64,000 bases of DNA from Ramazzottius varieornatus (lineage: Eukaryota; Animalia; Tardigrada), in assembly GCA_001949185.1 (NCBI GenBank), contig BDGG01000003.1, positions 1,772,725 to 1,836,724 on the forward strand, written 5' to 3'. The position numbers and the translations under genes were made by a program. Shown here in pieces: positions 27,944-40,400 of this stretch (the first letter of the stretch is position 1; each line of letters begins with the position of its first letter). The notes under the pieces were generated by a model. It saw nothing but the letters and a program-made list of their open reading frames with translations, was not told the origin of the DNA and did no database searches.

Positions 27944-28456
27944 TCACTGCGGGGGGTCTTTGGTGGCTTCTCGCTTCAGGCATTCTTTTACAACAGCTTC
28001 CGGGAACTTGTCCTCATGTAGCTTTACACACGACAAACAGTATCTCTTATGGCAAAAGATGCTGCAGGAAGCATCCACGCATACAGTCTTCTCGCATTCA
28101 TTGCATGTTCCGCCAAGGACCAGGAAGGGTACCAGACAGTTCTCAGGCTTTGTGTCTGCCGGTAGAAACGGGTTGTTCAGCATGAACACATCCTCCTTAT
28201 ATCTGCAAGCAAAGTCCCTATCTCTCTCGAATTCCACCCAGCGCCGCTCCATTAGCTGCATCTGTCATCGATAACTCATATCGAGCTCACTCGATTTATG
28301 CACTTACTCTAATTTGCTATCCCGCGCTCTGGAACCTTTTCCGTAGTGCGTGTAGAACTCATGCATACCACAAAGGTAGCATGTGAAGGACAGGTTCTCT
28401 CTCTTTCGGTTGACGACTTCCGTCACCATCTCTACAGATGTTTCGGCGGCTTCCAT
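27944..28456 (-). CDS. CDPF1: Cysteine-rich DPF motif domain protein 1; two exons
   Basis: FTCYLCG...YGK|...EDVFMLNNPF...FLVLGGTCNECEKTVCVDASCSIFCHKRYCLSC...FP. Confidence 0.88.
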
Positions 28457-29153
28457 CGCTGTCCCCTCGAATACTTCAAGGTCCGCTGTAACTGGAGACA
28501 GTCGTCCTTCCTGATCTCTGGTTAGTCCTCATCCGTCGGCCTACACACAAGGGTTACAGTGGAGCTGACTTGCGCTCCTTCGTTCTCGCTCCCGCGATTC
28601 TGCCTGGCCGCAGTTTCCCGTAGTCCCAGATGCCCAAACGTTTACCTCCTGCGCTCGCTGAAAGGATGTCCGAGGCAATTTTCTTCGTGCTGTCCGCAGA
28701 AGCGTCGCGATGATCCGTTTCTGCGGAGATTTCGGAAAAGCGGAATACATAACAATGATATAACAATCAGCACACAGTACGCAGGCAATGGGAATACGCG
28801 AACTCGAATGTTTGACAGCACTCGAGCCACACTCGTCCAGCCAAAATCAAATGTCCCGATGACGTTTTTCAGCTCTGATTGGGGCAATCAACAAATCATG
28901 CGAGATTTAATCATTTAATTCGTTCAATCAGCGTTCCACATATTAGGGTGTTCATAGCAAGCCATGATACGTTTTGTCGAAACCACAACAAAGCAAGGAC
29001 TTAATTTTAAATTTTCAGTTTGGCGATGCCAGATTGGCATTCCATAATTCCGGTCAGCAAAATCTTCTTCCTCCAGATCGTCAGGACATCTGTTCTAAAA
29101 AGTCACTCGTAGTATCTTCACAGGTCTGAAAGTGGATCACGAGCAGGCCAAGA

Positions 29154-30164
29154 ATGACGGAATATCGAGGAGGACATCTGGAAGTTGGCCGAGCCATGCA
29201 GCTGATGAAGAAGCGCGAGAAGGAGAAAGAAGAAGTGGAGCATCGTAAGCGTAAGATGGCTGAAGATACCAAGATTGCTAACATCGACAACAAGTTCGCC
29301 GCTCACTACGACGCCATCGAACAACAACTCAAGACCAGCACGGTAGGTCTCGTCACCCTCGACGAGATGAAAGCCAAGCAAACGGACGTCATCGCTCAAC
29401 GAGAACGCGAGTTGGCCCAGAAGCAAGAAGCTGAGCACAACGCTAAACAAGCTGAAGCTAAGAAGGTGGAAGAACTCCGCAGAAGCCAGCGCGACTCTTC
29501 GAAGCTGTCTTTCGCTGTCGACGATGGAGAGGACGAAGAAGAAGAGGCGCAGTCGGAAGCAAGTGGTGAATCGTACGAGCGGAAAAGAAGACGCATCGGA
29601 ATGGATCCTTCCGTCGATACGAGCTTCCTTCCGGATAAGGATAAGGAAGACGAGGAGAAGAGGTTACGGGAGCAGTTACGGGTAGAATGGGTGGCGAAGC
29701 AAGAAGTATTGAAGCAAGAGCTGATGGAAGTGATTTACAGCTACTGGGACGGTGCAGGACATCGAAGAACGCAGTCTATAAGAAAAGGCAGCACTGTTCA
29801 ACAGTTCCTCCAGAAATGCTTGGACTCTCTTCGGTCCGAGTTCAACGAGTTGAGAGTGGCTACTGTGGACCAGTTGATGTATGTCAAGGAAGACATGATC
29901 ATTCCGCAGCATTACTCTTTCTATGACTTGATTGTAACGAAAGCCAGGGGGAAGACTGGGCCGCTCTTTGAGTTTGATGTCCATGAGGATGTGAGGCTGC
30001 TGCATGATGCCACAAGGGAAAAGAACGAGTCGCATGCGGGGAAGGTTGTGCAACGGACGTGGTACGAAAGAAACAAGCACATCTTCCCAGCGAGCCGGTG
30101 GGAGCCTTACGACGCTGGAAAGAAATACGGCGATTTTGCGAAGAATAAGACGGATGGCATGTGA
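29154..30164 (+). CDS. FAM50A: FAM50/XAP5 spliceosome-associated protein, intronless
   Basis: GRAMQLMKKRE...KFAAHYDA...STVGLVTL...DPSVDTSFLPD...YSYWDGAGHRR...KARGKTGPLF...ESHAGKVV...HIFPASRWEPYD. Confidence 0.96.
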   Translation: MTEYRGGHLEVGRAMQLMKKREKEKEEVEHRKRKMAEDTKIANIDNKFAAHYDAIEQQLKTSTVGLVTLDEMKAKQTDVIAQRERELAQKQEAEHNAKQAEAKKVEELRRSQRDSSKLSFAVDDGEDEEEEAQSEASGESYERKRRRIGMDPSVDTSFLPDKDKEDEEKRLREQLRVEWVAKQEVLKQELMEVIYSYWDGAGHRRTQSIRKGSTVQQFLQKCLDSLRSEFNELRVATVDQLMYVKEDMIIPQHYSFYDLIVTKARGKTGPLFEFDVHEDVRLLHDATREKNESHAGKVVQRTWYERNKHIFPASRWEPYDAGKKYGDFAKNKTDGM

Positions 30165-31823
30165 TCGATTTACACAAGTGCACAAAAGGCACCCTTACTC
30201 CTGGTTACGTGGTCTAAAAGTGCCAATTAACGGTAATCCACGTAACGTGACCACGAGTAGCGATGACAGTTTATGCACTGTGTTTTGCAGTAATAGAATC
30301 GGCTATAAACGCTGTTAACTCTGTTTTTTCCACCAGTAAGTTATTTGTCGTCAGTAAGAATTAAGAAATGTGAAGTCAGAACTATATAGCGTGACGCTGT
30401 GAAGTGTGACTTTGCTCTTAATCTCATGTCTCCTCAGATGTAATCCCATGGAGGATGTGGTCCCAAGATTCTTCCGCGTCAAATTCAGGAATACTCTTCA
30501 CTGAACTCGTGTGGACGCTAGAATATTTTATCTGACTTTTTTATCTAATTGATTATGCAAATTATGCACGTATGCGGCGTGATTATACACTTCAGTAGCG
30601 CATCCGGAGAAATCCACCTTATTTCCACATACTAACTTAATCTTTGTACCATATTTTCAAAAGGTTCGTCAGTCGATTTATATGGCCTTTGGGTTTTCCG
30701 AGCGCGCAGCGGTCGGAAAACAATCTAGTGTAGCAAACATCGAGGAACACGATTCTGAGATGCATTTGACCTTCTGACCACTGGTCAAACGGCTACGTCA
30801 AAGAAAATCCAAAGGGGTTCGAGATTTTGACCGAAAAAGTTTTGGCGTCACAATGACGCCCTACAGCATAAAAGTGCATGCACAATCATTTTTCCACCAA
30901 ACCTCCAGACCGGGGTGTTTGAGTTGTTGATCATCCCTGAATTTGGCTAGATTATTTTCTCAAAAGGGCGAGCAATTTTCTGAGACTTCGAGCCACGGCG
31001 AGGTACGGCAAACTTACCACACGATGCCCTTCAACATTCTCTACAACTTGATGTCAGAAAAGGCTCATTCGGAGTCAGAAACGTTAGGCTGCAAATTGGG
31101 CCGCCGATACCCACCTACCATTACACACTCCTCGTTCCAAGAACTCGCCTTTGTCCAGATATTCCTGGATCCACTGCATGCTTCTGTAGAGGTAGCTTCC
31201 CTGCATGTCGTCCTCTCGCGGTTCCCTGCTGGTCACGGGCGGAAATAAACGGTACACGGTGTTCCGGATCGTTACTTGCAGGTTACGATGGAAGCTCCCA
31301 GTAGGAAATACTGTGTCTTGAAGAAACGCCGACAGGTCGAAATTCATGTTCAGGTACGCTCCAGGAACTACAGTAATGTGAAGATCAATCTGCTTCTGCT
31401 CGGTGGTCCAGAAGTTCGATCCAAAGGTCCGATGCTACTGGGCGAGTCTCCGGAGCTGCCAGACTGGTTTCCACCTTAGCCGCTTGCAGAAACTCCAAGC
31501 TTATTTCCGCCTTGAGTGTCTCCAGGATGAATGCTGCTGCGGCCTCGACCGGGCATAGTACGGGCGACAGAAGGTCCAGAAGGAACTGAGAGGGTGCTTT
31601 CCGTTTCGGCAGCAGAAATGTCGGTTCGAAATGCGCCAAGAAATACCACCACCCCGATCATAAAACCAAACGCAGCGGGGGAAGCAATTGCAATCCATAT
31701 CTAAGTGGAAGAATAAGTGGACCAACTACCATTCGTCCAAAGGGAAATCTAAACTGCAGCAGGAAGGAATATTCCACACAAGAAGGCAAACATAGTTCGG
31801 TCCTTCCGGGACTTTGAGTGGGT

Positions 31824-32086
31824 CCACGCCATGCTTCCGCAGCGGCCCGTGCTCGTTCTCCCTCCGAAGGTGTATGCGGTTGACTGGGTGGAGTCCTCCG
31901 ACTGGCGCTGCCGTTGTGGCCTTGAGAGCGGTGACGGGAGTTTTCGTTTCGTCTGGATGATCGCGCATTGGAATCGTTGCCTGCTGGCACAGCATTGTAG
32001 ATCTCAGCCTCAATCTCCGAAGAACTACTGTGCTGCTGGTTGTGGTCGTGCTGAAAACTCAAGTCTGAGTTGTGATGATAACGTAT
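31824..32086 (-). pseudogene. Inverted duplicate of CNOT6 first coding exon
   Basis: QHDHNQQHSSSSEIEAEIYNAVPAGNDSNARSSRRNENSRHRSQGHNGSASRR is near-identical to 23166-23430. Confidence 0.9.
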
Positions 32087-32235
32087 GACTGATGAGTGAT
32101 GCAGCGAAGGCCGATAAGCCTCGTACGGTGTCGGGTATCTTCAAAATAACAATGGGAAATTGGAAACCAAGTTAGTATAGTGTGCAATGAAGTGAAATTC
32201 TGTCTGACACAAAGGGCGAAGACCCACGTTCCAAC

Positions 32236-32439
32236 GGTGACCAAAGCGAGGAGGAAGACGGGTCCGCTGTTCAAGTTTGATGTCCATGAAGATGCGAGGT
32301 TGCTGCGTGCCACGAGGGAAAAGAACGAGTCGCATGGAGGAATGTTGTGCAGAGAACGTGGTACAATAGGAGCAACCATAATTACAGAATTATCCTTCCA
32401 GCGAGTCGATAGAAATCTTATGATGTTGGGAAGAAATTC
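32236..32439 (+). pseudogene. Fragment of FAM50 3' coding region
   Basis: [33 protein letters not shown] aligns to 29932-30128, with frameshifts. Confidence 0.9.
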
Positions 32440-32450
32440 TTATCATGACG

Positions 32451-32507
32451 AGATCCACCGAACTAGATCCACCGAACTAGATCCACCGAACTTTTTCGGT
32501 GGATCTA
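32451..32507. repeat. 14-bp tandem triplication ending in a perfect fold-back
   Basis: (AGATCCACCGAACT)x3, then TTCGGTGGATCTA: 13-bp stem, 4-nt loop. Confidence 0.9.
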
Positions 32508-32785
32508 TCCCACTTCTCGCTGCACTCTTAACTAATTGTCTGTCTAAAACTGAACAGAAACAGCGAGATGAAACCCCATGAGAATTCCAGAAACCAAGGA
32601 GAGTCGGTAAGACCCGTCGAGGCTGAGAGAAGAGCGACGTTAATTTCAGTCAAAGAGTAAATTCCTGATTGTTTACTTCGTGTGGTTTTGCTTCACCAGA
32701 ATATTCTAAGTTTAGAGAGAATCCCTTTAGCTTCGTAAATGGACATGTCATCACCTTCGATAAAATCGAGAATGGAATGGAAACA

Positions 32786-33088
32786 TTACGCAGCTGCGCC
32801 TTCCGGTCCTTCTCCGCCAGGCACCAGCATGACGATGTTGCTACCATTCAACAAGATCCTTTCCAGCTTGTTAACACGACGTCCTTCCGCGGTGGTCTCG
32901 TACTCTCGAACATCGTCCAACACCATGTTGACGTAGTCATCAAATCCGAGCAGAGTCCCAACGATTTCTTTGTTGGAGCGAAGGATGGCGTGGATGCGCG
33001 AGCCAATGCACTTGTCGATCAGCTCCAAAGGCAGCAGTGTCGATGGATTGGCTCGGCTGCCGGCGATGTTGGCTAGATTTGCCGCCAT
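32786..33088 (-). CDS. LSM5: U6 snRNA-associated Sm-like protein LSm5
   Basis: [20 protein letters not shown]...[21 protein letters not shown]...[18 protein letters not shown]. Confidence 0.96.
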   Translation of the reverse strand: MAANLANIAGSRANPSTLLPLELIDKCIGSRIHAILRSNKEIVGTLLGFDDYVNMVLDDVREYETTAEGRRVNKLERILLNGSNIVMLVPGGEGPEGAAA

Positions 33089-33407
33089 CACTATCTTTCC
33101 TATAACGAAGAGATCGAGGTACGCGAGTGGCGCAAATACAGATACGAATATACGGACAGAAAACGACCGGAAGTGGTGTCTTATCATACCAGTCTCGGCT
33201 GCTGCAACTCAGCGTGACAGCGCCAGTTCCTCAACAGACCGAATCCTCCTACTACAGAATCTGGCAAGCGCCGTCACCAGCGATCGACGAAGATGATTGG
33301 GGAATTGGGAAAGCCGAGTGCCGAGGAGCAAACGAAGGAAAGTGATAAACCTACAAAAGCGGAATACTGTATCTTTAAAGTCTGACATGTTAGTTGTCAA
33401 AGCATTA

Positions 33408-33567
33408 CTCTACATATGTAAATATTCGATGCGATCGCGCAGTACGTACACGTACGTGACGATGCACCCCCGTAGGGGTGGCGCGGGCAGTGAAACCGAA
33501 CCGGAGCTGTACTCCACGTGTACAATGGCGTACTGCGTGATACCATCGAATATTTACATTTGTACAG
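33408..33567. mobile_element. 160-bp MITE (Tc1/mariner-type, TA TSD)
   Basis: ~39-bp imperfect TIRs CTCTACATATGTAAATATTCGATGCGATCGCGCAGTACG / CGTACTGCGTGATACCATCGAATATTTACATTTGTACAG, TA on both flanks. Confidence 0.75.
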
Positions 33568-33833
33568 TATATGACAATGTCATGATATTTAAGCGATCGC
33601 GATCATTTCTTCCTGGATTCTGTTAGAGTCAGCCTTGTCATCATGTCCGGTCACGAAATGTGAGAGCTGCACACCGGGAGTGGGAGAAGAGTTCACGGCA
33701 AAGAGTGCTGGGATACGTTCCTAGATCGAGAGCGTCTAAACGGAGAGCGTCATTCATCGTTCGCATCTGCACCTGGACTATTAAATCCGCCGTCTTCTCG
33801 TCTGCCTACCTGCTGCATCGCAACCCATACATA

Positions 33834-36800
33834 ATGTCGCTTGAACAGGACTTCCATCCCTTAAGCCACAGCCTTCTGAAGCTTTTGACGGAAAAGATCT
33901 ACGAGAAGCGGAAAACAGCTGCGCTGGAGATTGAGAAGTAAGCAAGAAAGTTTGTTAGTTCTTCACTTCAGTGCTGAACGGTTTACAGTTCACTTCCGGT
34001 GCGCGTAACACTCGTCGTTTGTTTTCTTATTCCTTAGAATGATGAAGGACTACATGATTACGAACAACACAGCAATGGTTCAGAAGCTGTTGAAGGTATT
34101 GGCTCAAGACCTAACATTCTCAGATAACAGCAACTATCGAAAGGGAGGTTTGATCGGCCTGGCTGCCGCGTCCATCGCGCTGGGTAAACAAATCCAAATA
34201 TACCTTCCACAAATCATTACGGTAAACGCCTTGCTTACTTACAATGCCCTCTCGGAACTATCCGTAAGCTATGTGCTTCTTTCGTCAGCCAGTATTGTCC
34301 TGTTTCAATGACTCGGACAGTCGGATTCGGTACTTTGCCTGTGAAGCACTGTATAACGTGGTGAAGGTTGCTCGGGAGGAAACCATGACGTTTTTCCCGG
34401 AAATATTCGACGTCCTAAGCAAGGTACGGCACGCACATTCCTTCCAAGTTGAGCACACGCAATGTTTGAACCTCAGTATTTCTCCAGGGATGCAGTGACA
34501 GCGATAATAACGTAAAGAATGGTTCTGAGCTCTTGGATCGCTTAGTCAAGGACGTCGTGGTGGAAAGCAAAACCTTCGATCTGGAAAAGATGGTGCCGCT
34601 GTTGCGAGAAAGAATCTACGCACGGAACCCTTACGTTCGGCAGTTCATGGTCTCTTGGGTAGGTGAAAGATCTTTTGAAATTCGGAAAAGATTCTCCTCA
34701 CAGTTTCTGTGCTTCGTTCACAGGTTAGCGTACTTGATTCCGTACCGGAAATACACATCCAACAGTATCTACCTGAGATAATCGACGGTCTCTTCATCAT
34801 CCTAAGTGATCCAAGACTAGAGATAAGGAAGGCTTGTGAAGCTGTTCTGGGAGAATTCCTGCATGGAATAGTGAATGCCCCCCAAGGCGTGGATTACCCG
34901 GCTATGATTAACATTCTCATTGCTCACTCTCAATCGTCAGGTACTTTGCGTTTCCTTCTCCGCATCTAGTTCGTGCATACGTTGTATTTTGCAGAGGAAC
35001 TGGTGCAATTCACGGCGATCTTGTGGGTCAAGCAGTTCGTCAAGCTCGCCGGTCCGCAAATGCTGCCGTACACTTCCGGTGTCTTGGTTGCCGTTCTTCC
35101 GTGTCTATCCTTAGAAAGCGACAGCAGAAAAAGTACGATTCGCTTATGGTAGAGAAGCGGTTCGACTCATTAAAGATTGCTCGAATAGTTAGGAGCTGGT
35201 TGTTCCTTTTGTAGACATTCGTGAGAACGCAAAGATGATCAACCAGGATGTCCTAAAGAACTTCCCGAAGGAAAACTCCAACTCAGAATTGTTGAACGAA
35301 GAGTAAGGCTATCGTCTTCGTGGATGAATGAATAATGTTTCACATATGTACGGTATTTTTGTCTGATGATTTTCTTTTTTTCACAGTATCCTGACGTTAG
35401 ACTTGAAATCTATCGTCCAAGTTTTAATCGATAACCTGTCTCATCAGAACGTCCCGACAAGACTAGCCAGCGTCCGCTGGGTATTCAACCTTCTCGAATA
35501 TATTCCAAGGTACCGTCCTCCATACATTTACGCTTTAACTTTGGTTATGGTAGCCTGTTTATTTATATTGTCCTCCCTGATCAGTTTTTTCGTCGTTGTG
35601 CAGGAGAACATTCAAGTCAATGGATAAGTTATTCACCGAGCTGCTAAAGTCATTACAAGATCCCTCCGACGAAGTGGTTTTGGCCGTGCTGGAGGTCTTC
35701 GCTGAAATCACTTCCGTCTCCGACAGTAAGTTTGTTGCTGCTTCTATCACGTTCTCGAAACTGAACTCGTCGAGCTCTTTCTTGCAGAACTGGGGCTATG
35801 CTATTCTTTCCCCAACTCAAAGACCAGTATTACCTACTTCCGGCACTTCATCCAAGAACTACTAGCTCTCTTCAAGAAAGATCTCCAACTCCTACAAGAC
35901 CGCGGACACTTCATGATCAGGCAACTCTGCCTGCTGCTCAGCGCCGAAGAGATCTACACAGCCATCGCGGAAGCTTTGGTGACTGACACGGACAGCAAGT
36001 TTGCCTCGGTGATGGTCCAGGCACTGAGTGCTATCCTGCTGACAGCTTCCGAGGTCTTTGAGCTGAGGAGGCAACTACAGGGTTTAGTCCGTCAAGAGTC
36101 AACTCGGGAGCTTTTCGTCAAGCTTTACCGATGTTGGGCTCACAACCCCATCGCAACCGTCTCGTTATGTCTGCTGTCGCAGCAGTATCGGCAAGCTAGC
36201 GAGCTCCTGGAGATAATAGCAGGTCTGGATGTGACGGTGGATTACCTGACGGAGATCGACAAGTTGATCCAGCTGTTAGAATCTCCGATTTTTACATGTA
36301 AGGTTGTGTTTTCTTCTTATGCTTTTCTCCACCGGAAATCAGTAGATGAGACACGGGTACCTGAATACGCTAACCTGCTCACCTCCTTGGGTTTTAAGGT
36401 ATGCAGGTGCTTGCTAAGTGGGAGCATATTGTTCAACGATTTCCCCCCAGCTTTAGTCTTTCAATGGTGCATTCGAAATCACTTTGATCGAAAAATTCTT
36501 TGATGCTGACGATACTCTTTTTGTTACAGCGTTGCGAATGCAGCTCCTGAAGCCAGATGAAAACCCGCATCTGGTCAGGACCTTGTACGGGCTCTTGATG
36601 CTACTTCCCCAAAGTGAAGCATTCGACACGCTCCGATCCAGACTGGACTGTGTTCCACGACAAAGATTCAGTAATGATAAGTCGAGCTCGGTTCTTTCTA
36701 TCGTTTCTGCTGAAGAGGTAGAAGCGGATCTGGACAAAGAACTCCTAGAGCATTTCAAGATTACTCAGTCGCTGCAACAAGTTGCTGTAAGGAAGCAGCG

Positions 36801-36843
36801 ACAGACGAGTAGAATAGAGCTGCGTAATGGTTTTCTGTCCTGA
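33834..36843 (+). CDS. VAC14: VAC14, scaffold of the PIKfyve complex, multi-exon
   Basis: [109 protein letters not shown]. Confidence 0.96.
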
Positions 36844-37421
36844 AGTTGTGTATGCCGGAAATTTATTCACATTTGCTAATGCTCAACTGTCCACTTGTGG
36901 AGAGTTTTCTGTGATTGTATTTTTATTGTTATTCCGATTGGTTTTCTGTGATAAAGTCGAGCGCTTCATGGCAGTACTTATTCTCAGTACTTATTCGCTT
37001 TATCCCCCTTATTCGCACTTGAGAAGTCTCACTTGACCGAAACTTATCAGGTTGTTCAGCCTTCAAAATTAATATCAAGAACCAGCCAAGCAAGGGCGCT
37101 GTTGAGGTTTTAGAATTCAGAACCACGAGATAGCCTAGTAAAATAAGGTACCTTTACGTAACGTAAGGTGTCGGAAGTAAAGATAAGCGTGATGTCATCT
37201 CCGCTAACGCAATCCATTTACATGTTGCAAATTTGATTGAGGAAGATGCATCACAAGGCTACTCCACTGCATACGAGTGTGACATGCCAGCTTGGCAAAG
37301 GCAGTTAGGTGAATGAACTTTAAAGAACTTCGCCGTCGCGAACCGCGAACAGTCTTCTCGAACGTCCAGACATCCCTGTTGAACTACGAAGATCTCATCG
37401 GTACGCCAAGCTTCTATGATC

Positions 37422-40400
37422 ATGGCCTCTCCAATGGTTCTGAACGTTAGCAATCAGGAGCTTCCAGCAGGTAAGTTTGTCCATTCATTCCTCGTCGTCG
37501 AAAATCAGGTTGCGGGGTTCAAGCTGTCTTTCCCTTGCAGTTGCTCTCATCACTTACGAACTGCTGAAAAAGACGGCGCGATTCACCATCAAGGAAGGAA
37601 CTGCCACTGGATTAGATCTCATCGAGTACGGCCGCAAAGAGTACATACGAAGACTAGTAAGCGTCATATTAGTCTTAATTGTTTGTTTACAGTGGTAGTG
37701 CAGCAATGAAATCTGATGGCGCCATTGCGAAACACATGGCCCAGACTGTCCAAACTCCTAGTCTGACCGGAAGTGATCCCCTGGAGCGAACTGAGGTACG
37801 TCCGGGTTATCCTTGGGTGTTTCCTGAATAACTTACAGGGTTGTATTTGAATAATATTACAGGTTGATAGTTGGCTTCTTTACGCTGATGTGAAACTATC
37901 CGCGTCGAAAGATGCTTCCGCTCTTCGTGATGTTCTCGCTCACCTGGAGAAAGGCTTAGGAAGAGACAAGCAGTACTTTGTCGGGAAGAGCCTGACGGTT
38001 GCCGATGTCGCTTTATGGGTTGCTCTACGATGTACGGAATGTTTGAGAGAATATTAAAAAAAAATATTTAAAGGTTAATCATGTCTTTTATCATTCCAGC
38101 GAATCCCTCGTGGAAAGGTTTACAGAAGTCTTCCGCAGCCGCGTTCCCGCAAGTTTCAAAGTGGTACAACCAGTTGAGTAGTCGTGCTGAATTCAAGTCT
38201 GTGGAGGACAAGTTGCCCAGTTTCGACGCCACGGACGGAGGCAAAGTGGCCACGAGAGATGTGGGCAAGTTCTTCGATCTGCCAGGTGCCGAACACGGCA
38301 AATTGGTGGTTCGCTTTCCGCCGGAAGCCAGCGGATTTCTACACATTGGACACGCGAAAGCAGCACTGCTGAACCACTACTATAAGGAAGCGTTTAGCGG
38401 GACGCTGATTATGCGGTTTGACGACACGAACCCGGAAAAGGAGAAAGTTGACTTCGAACAAGCCATTCTCCAGGTATTCTACTGGAACTCCGTAAGGAAC
38501 ATAGATACTGTATTCTCCCGATATCTCCGCGAAGCCTGATACCATGGCGCCACCTACGAAAAGTGCATGACGTACGGCGGATAGACGCATATGTATGGAT
38601 GACGTACGTCCTGTAGGTGGCGCCACGAGTAACGGGGTTCGCGAAGATATCGGCGGAATACAGTATACTCGTCCAGCGGTTAGCAGAGACGAGAATAGAT
38701 TTCTAATTATCACGACAGTTATTCTGTTTTTCTTCGAAGGACTTGGAAATGCTGCAAGTTAAGTTCGACAAGCTTACCCACACTTCGGATAGCTTCGAGC
38801 TTCTTCTAAAGTATGCCGAACAGATGATTCGGGAAGGTACTGCTTATGTAGACGATACCGAGCCCGAGAAAATGAAGGCTGAACGAGAGGAGAGGAAAGA
38901 ATGTGCTAGCAGGTCCAATAGTAAGCAAAGACTTGAACCATTTTAACTAGCTTTTTCTCGCATGACTTTCGAACATAGGAGTATTTTGCCGTAGGTGTGG
39001 AGACTAACCTGAAGCTTTGGGAGGAAATGAAGAAAGGTACGAAGAAAGGTCAGCAGTGCTGTGTTCGTGCGAAGATCGACATGAAGTCCGATAACGGTTG
39101 CATGCGCGACCCGACGATCTACCGATGCAAACCACAAGAGCACCCCAAGACCGGGAATAAGTACAAGTAAGCACAAGAGAACTCGGAATATTCGGGAGCC
39201 CAGTAAATGAAACGTACAAAACCTTGAGTGGCGCATGCTGTCAGCCAGTAATAATGGAAACGTGCGCCACTTGCGCCATCTTGTACGTTTCGTTTGCCGG
39301 CCTCCTATTTTGTCTTTAAAATGGAAGACTCTCAATCAAAATCGAGTGAAAATTTGTGTGGATGCTACACGAATGTAGGACTTCTGTGGAATTTTTATGG
39401 AGAATTTCGTGTAGGACATATCCAACGTATGACTTCGCGTGTCCCATCGTGGACAGTGTGGAAGGTGTGACGCACGCTTTGAGGACCACAGAGTACCACG
39501 ATCGTGATGAGCAGTACGAGTGGTTCCTCGACCAGTTGAAGCTGCGAAAGCCGCATATTTACGAGTACAGCAGACTCAACTTGATGTACACGCTGCTTTC
39601 CAAGCGGAAATTGACGTGGTTTGTCGACCAGAAACTCGTTGACGGATGGTAAGAAAAGCTTATCCTTGTCAAGCTCACTTTCGCATTACCTTTCAAGCGT
39701 AACATATAAAAGCTATCAGTTGTATTACTTCTTAGGGATGATCCTCGCTTCCCAACTGTGCGCGGAATCTTGCGACATGGAATGACGGTGGAAGGCCTGA
39801 AGAACTTCATCGTGGCTCAGGTAACCTTCTTCGAACTTTTTCACTTTCAAAACTCAAGATCGTTACCTTTTGTTGTGTGTTGAGTCTGGCTTAGGTTCAC
39901 GAGATCGTTGTCTTAGTAGAAAACCTATCCAGGTAGTTTTCTGTTAGGGTAATTTTTGGTATTTTGTTTAGGGTTCTTCGAGGTCCGTTGTGATGATGGA
40001 CTGGGATAAGCTTTGGGCGTTCAACAAGAAGGTGATCGACCCGATCGCTCCTCGCTATACAGCCGTCCTCAAGTCCGACCACGTTCCAGTTTTCGTGTCT
40101 AAAGCCGAAGAGAAAGCCAACTCGGATGTGGCGAAGCATCCCAAGAACGCGGAAGTGGGCATGAAAACAGTCTGGTATGGCCCGAAGATCCTCATCGACT
40201 CTGTGGATGCTGAGGTCGTGAAAGAAGGCGAAACAGTCACTTTCATCAACTGGGGCAACCTGAAGATTAAGAGCCTCAAGAAGAATGGTCAAGGGAAAGT
40301 CGAAAGTATCGAAGCCGATCTGGAACTGGAAAACACCGACTTTAAGAAGGTTCGAAAAATAATTTAGAAACTCTAGCAGACTCTTATTGTATTGTTCTAA

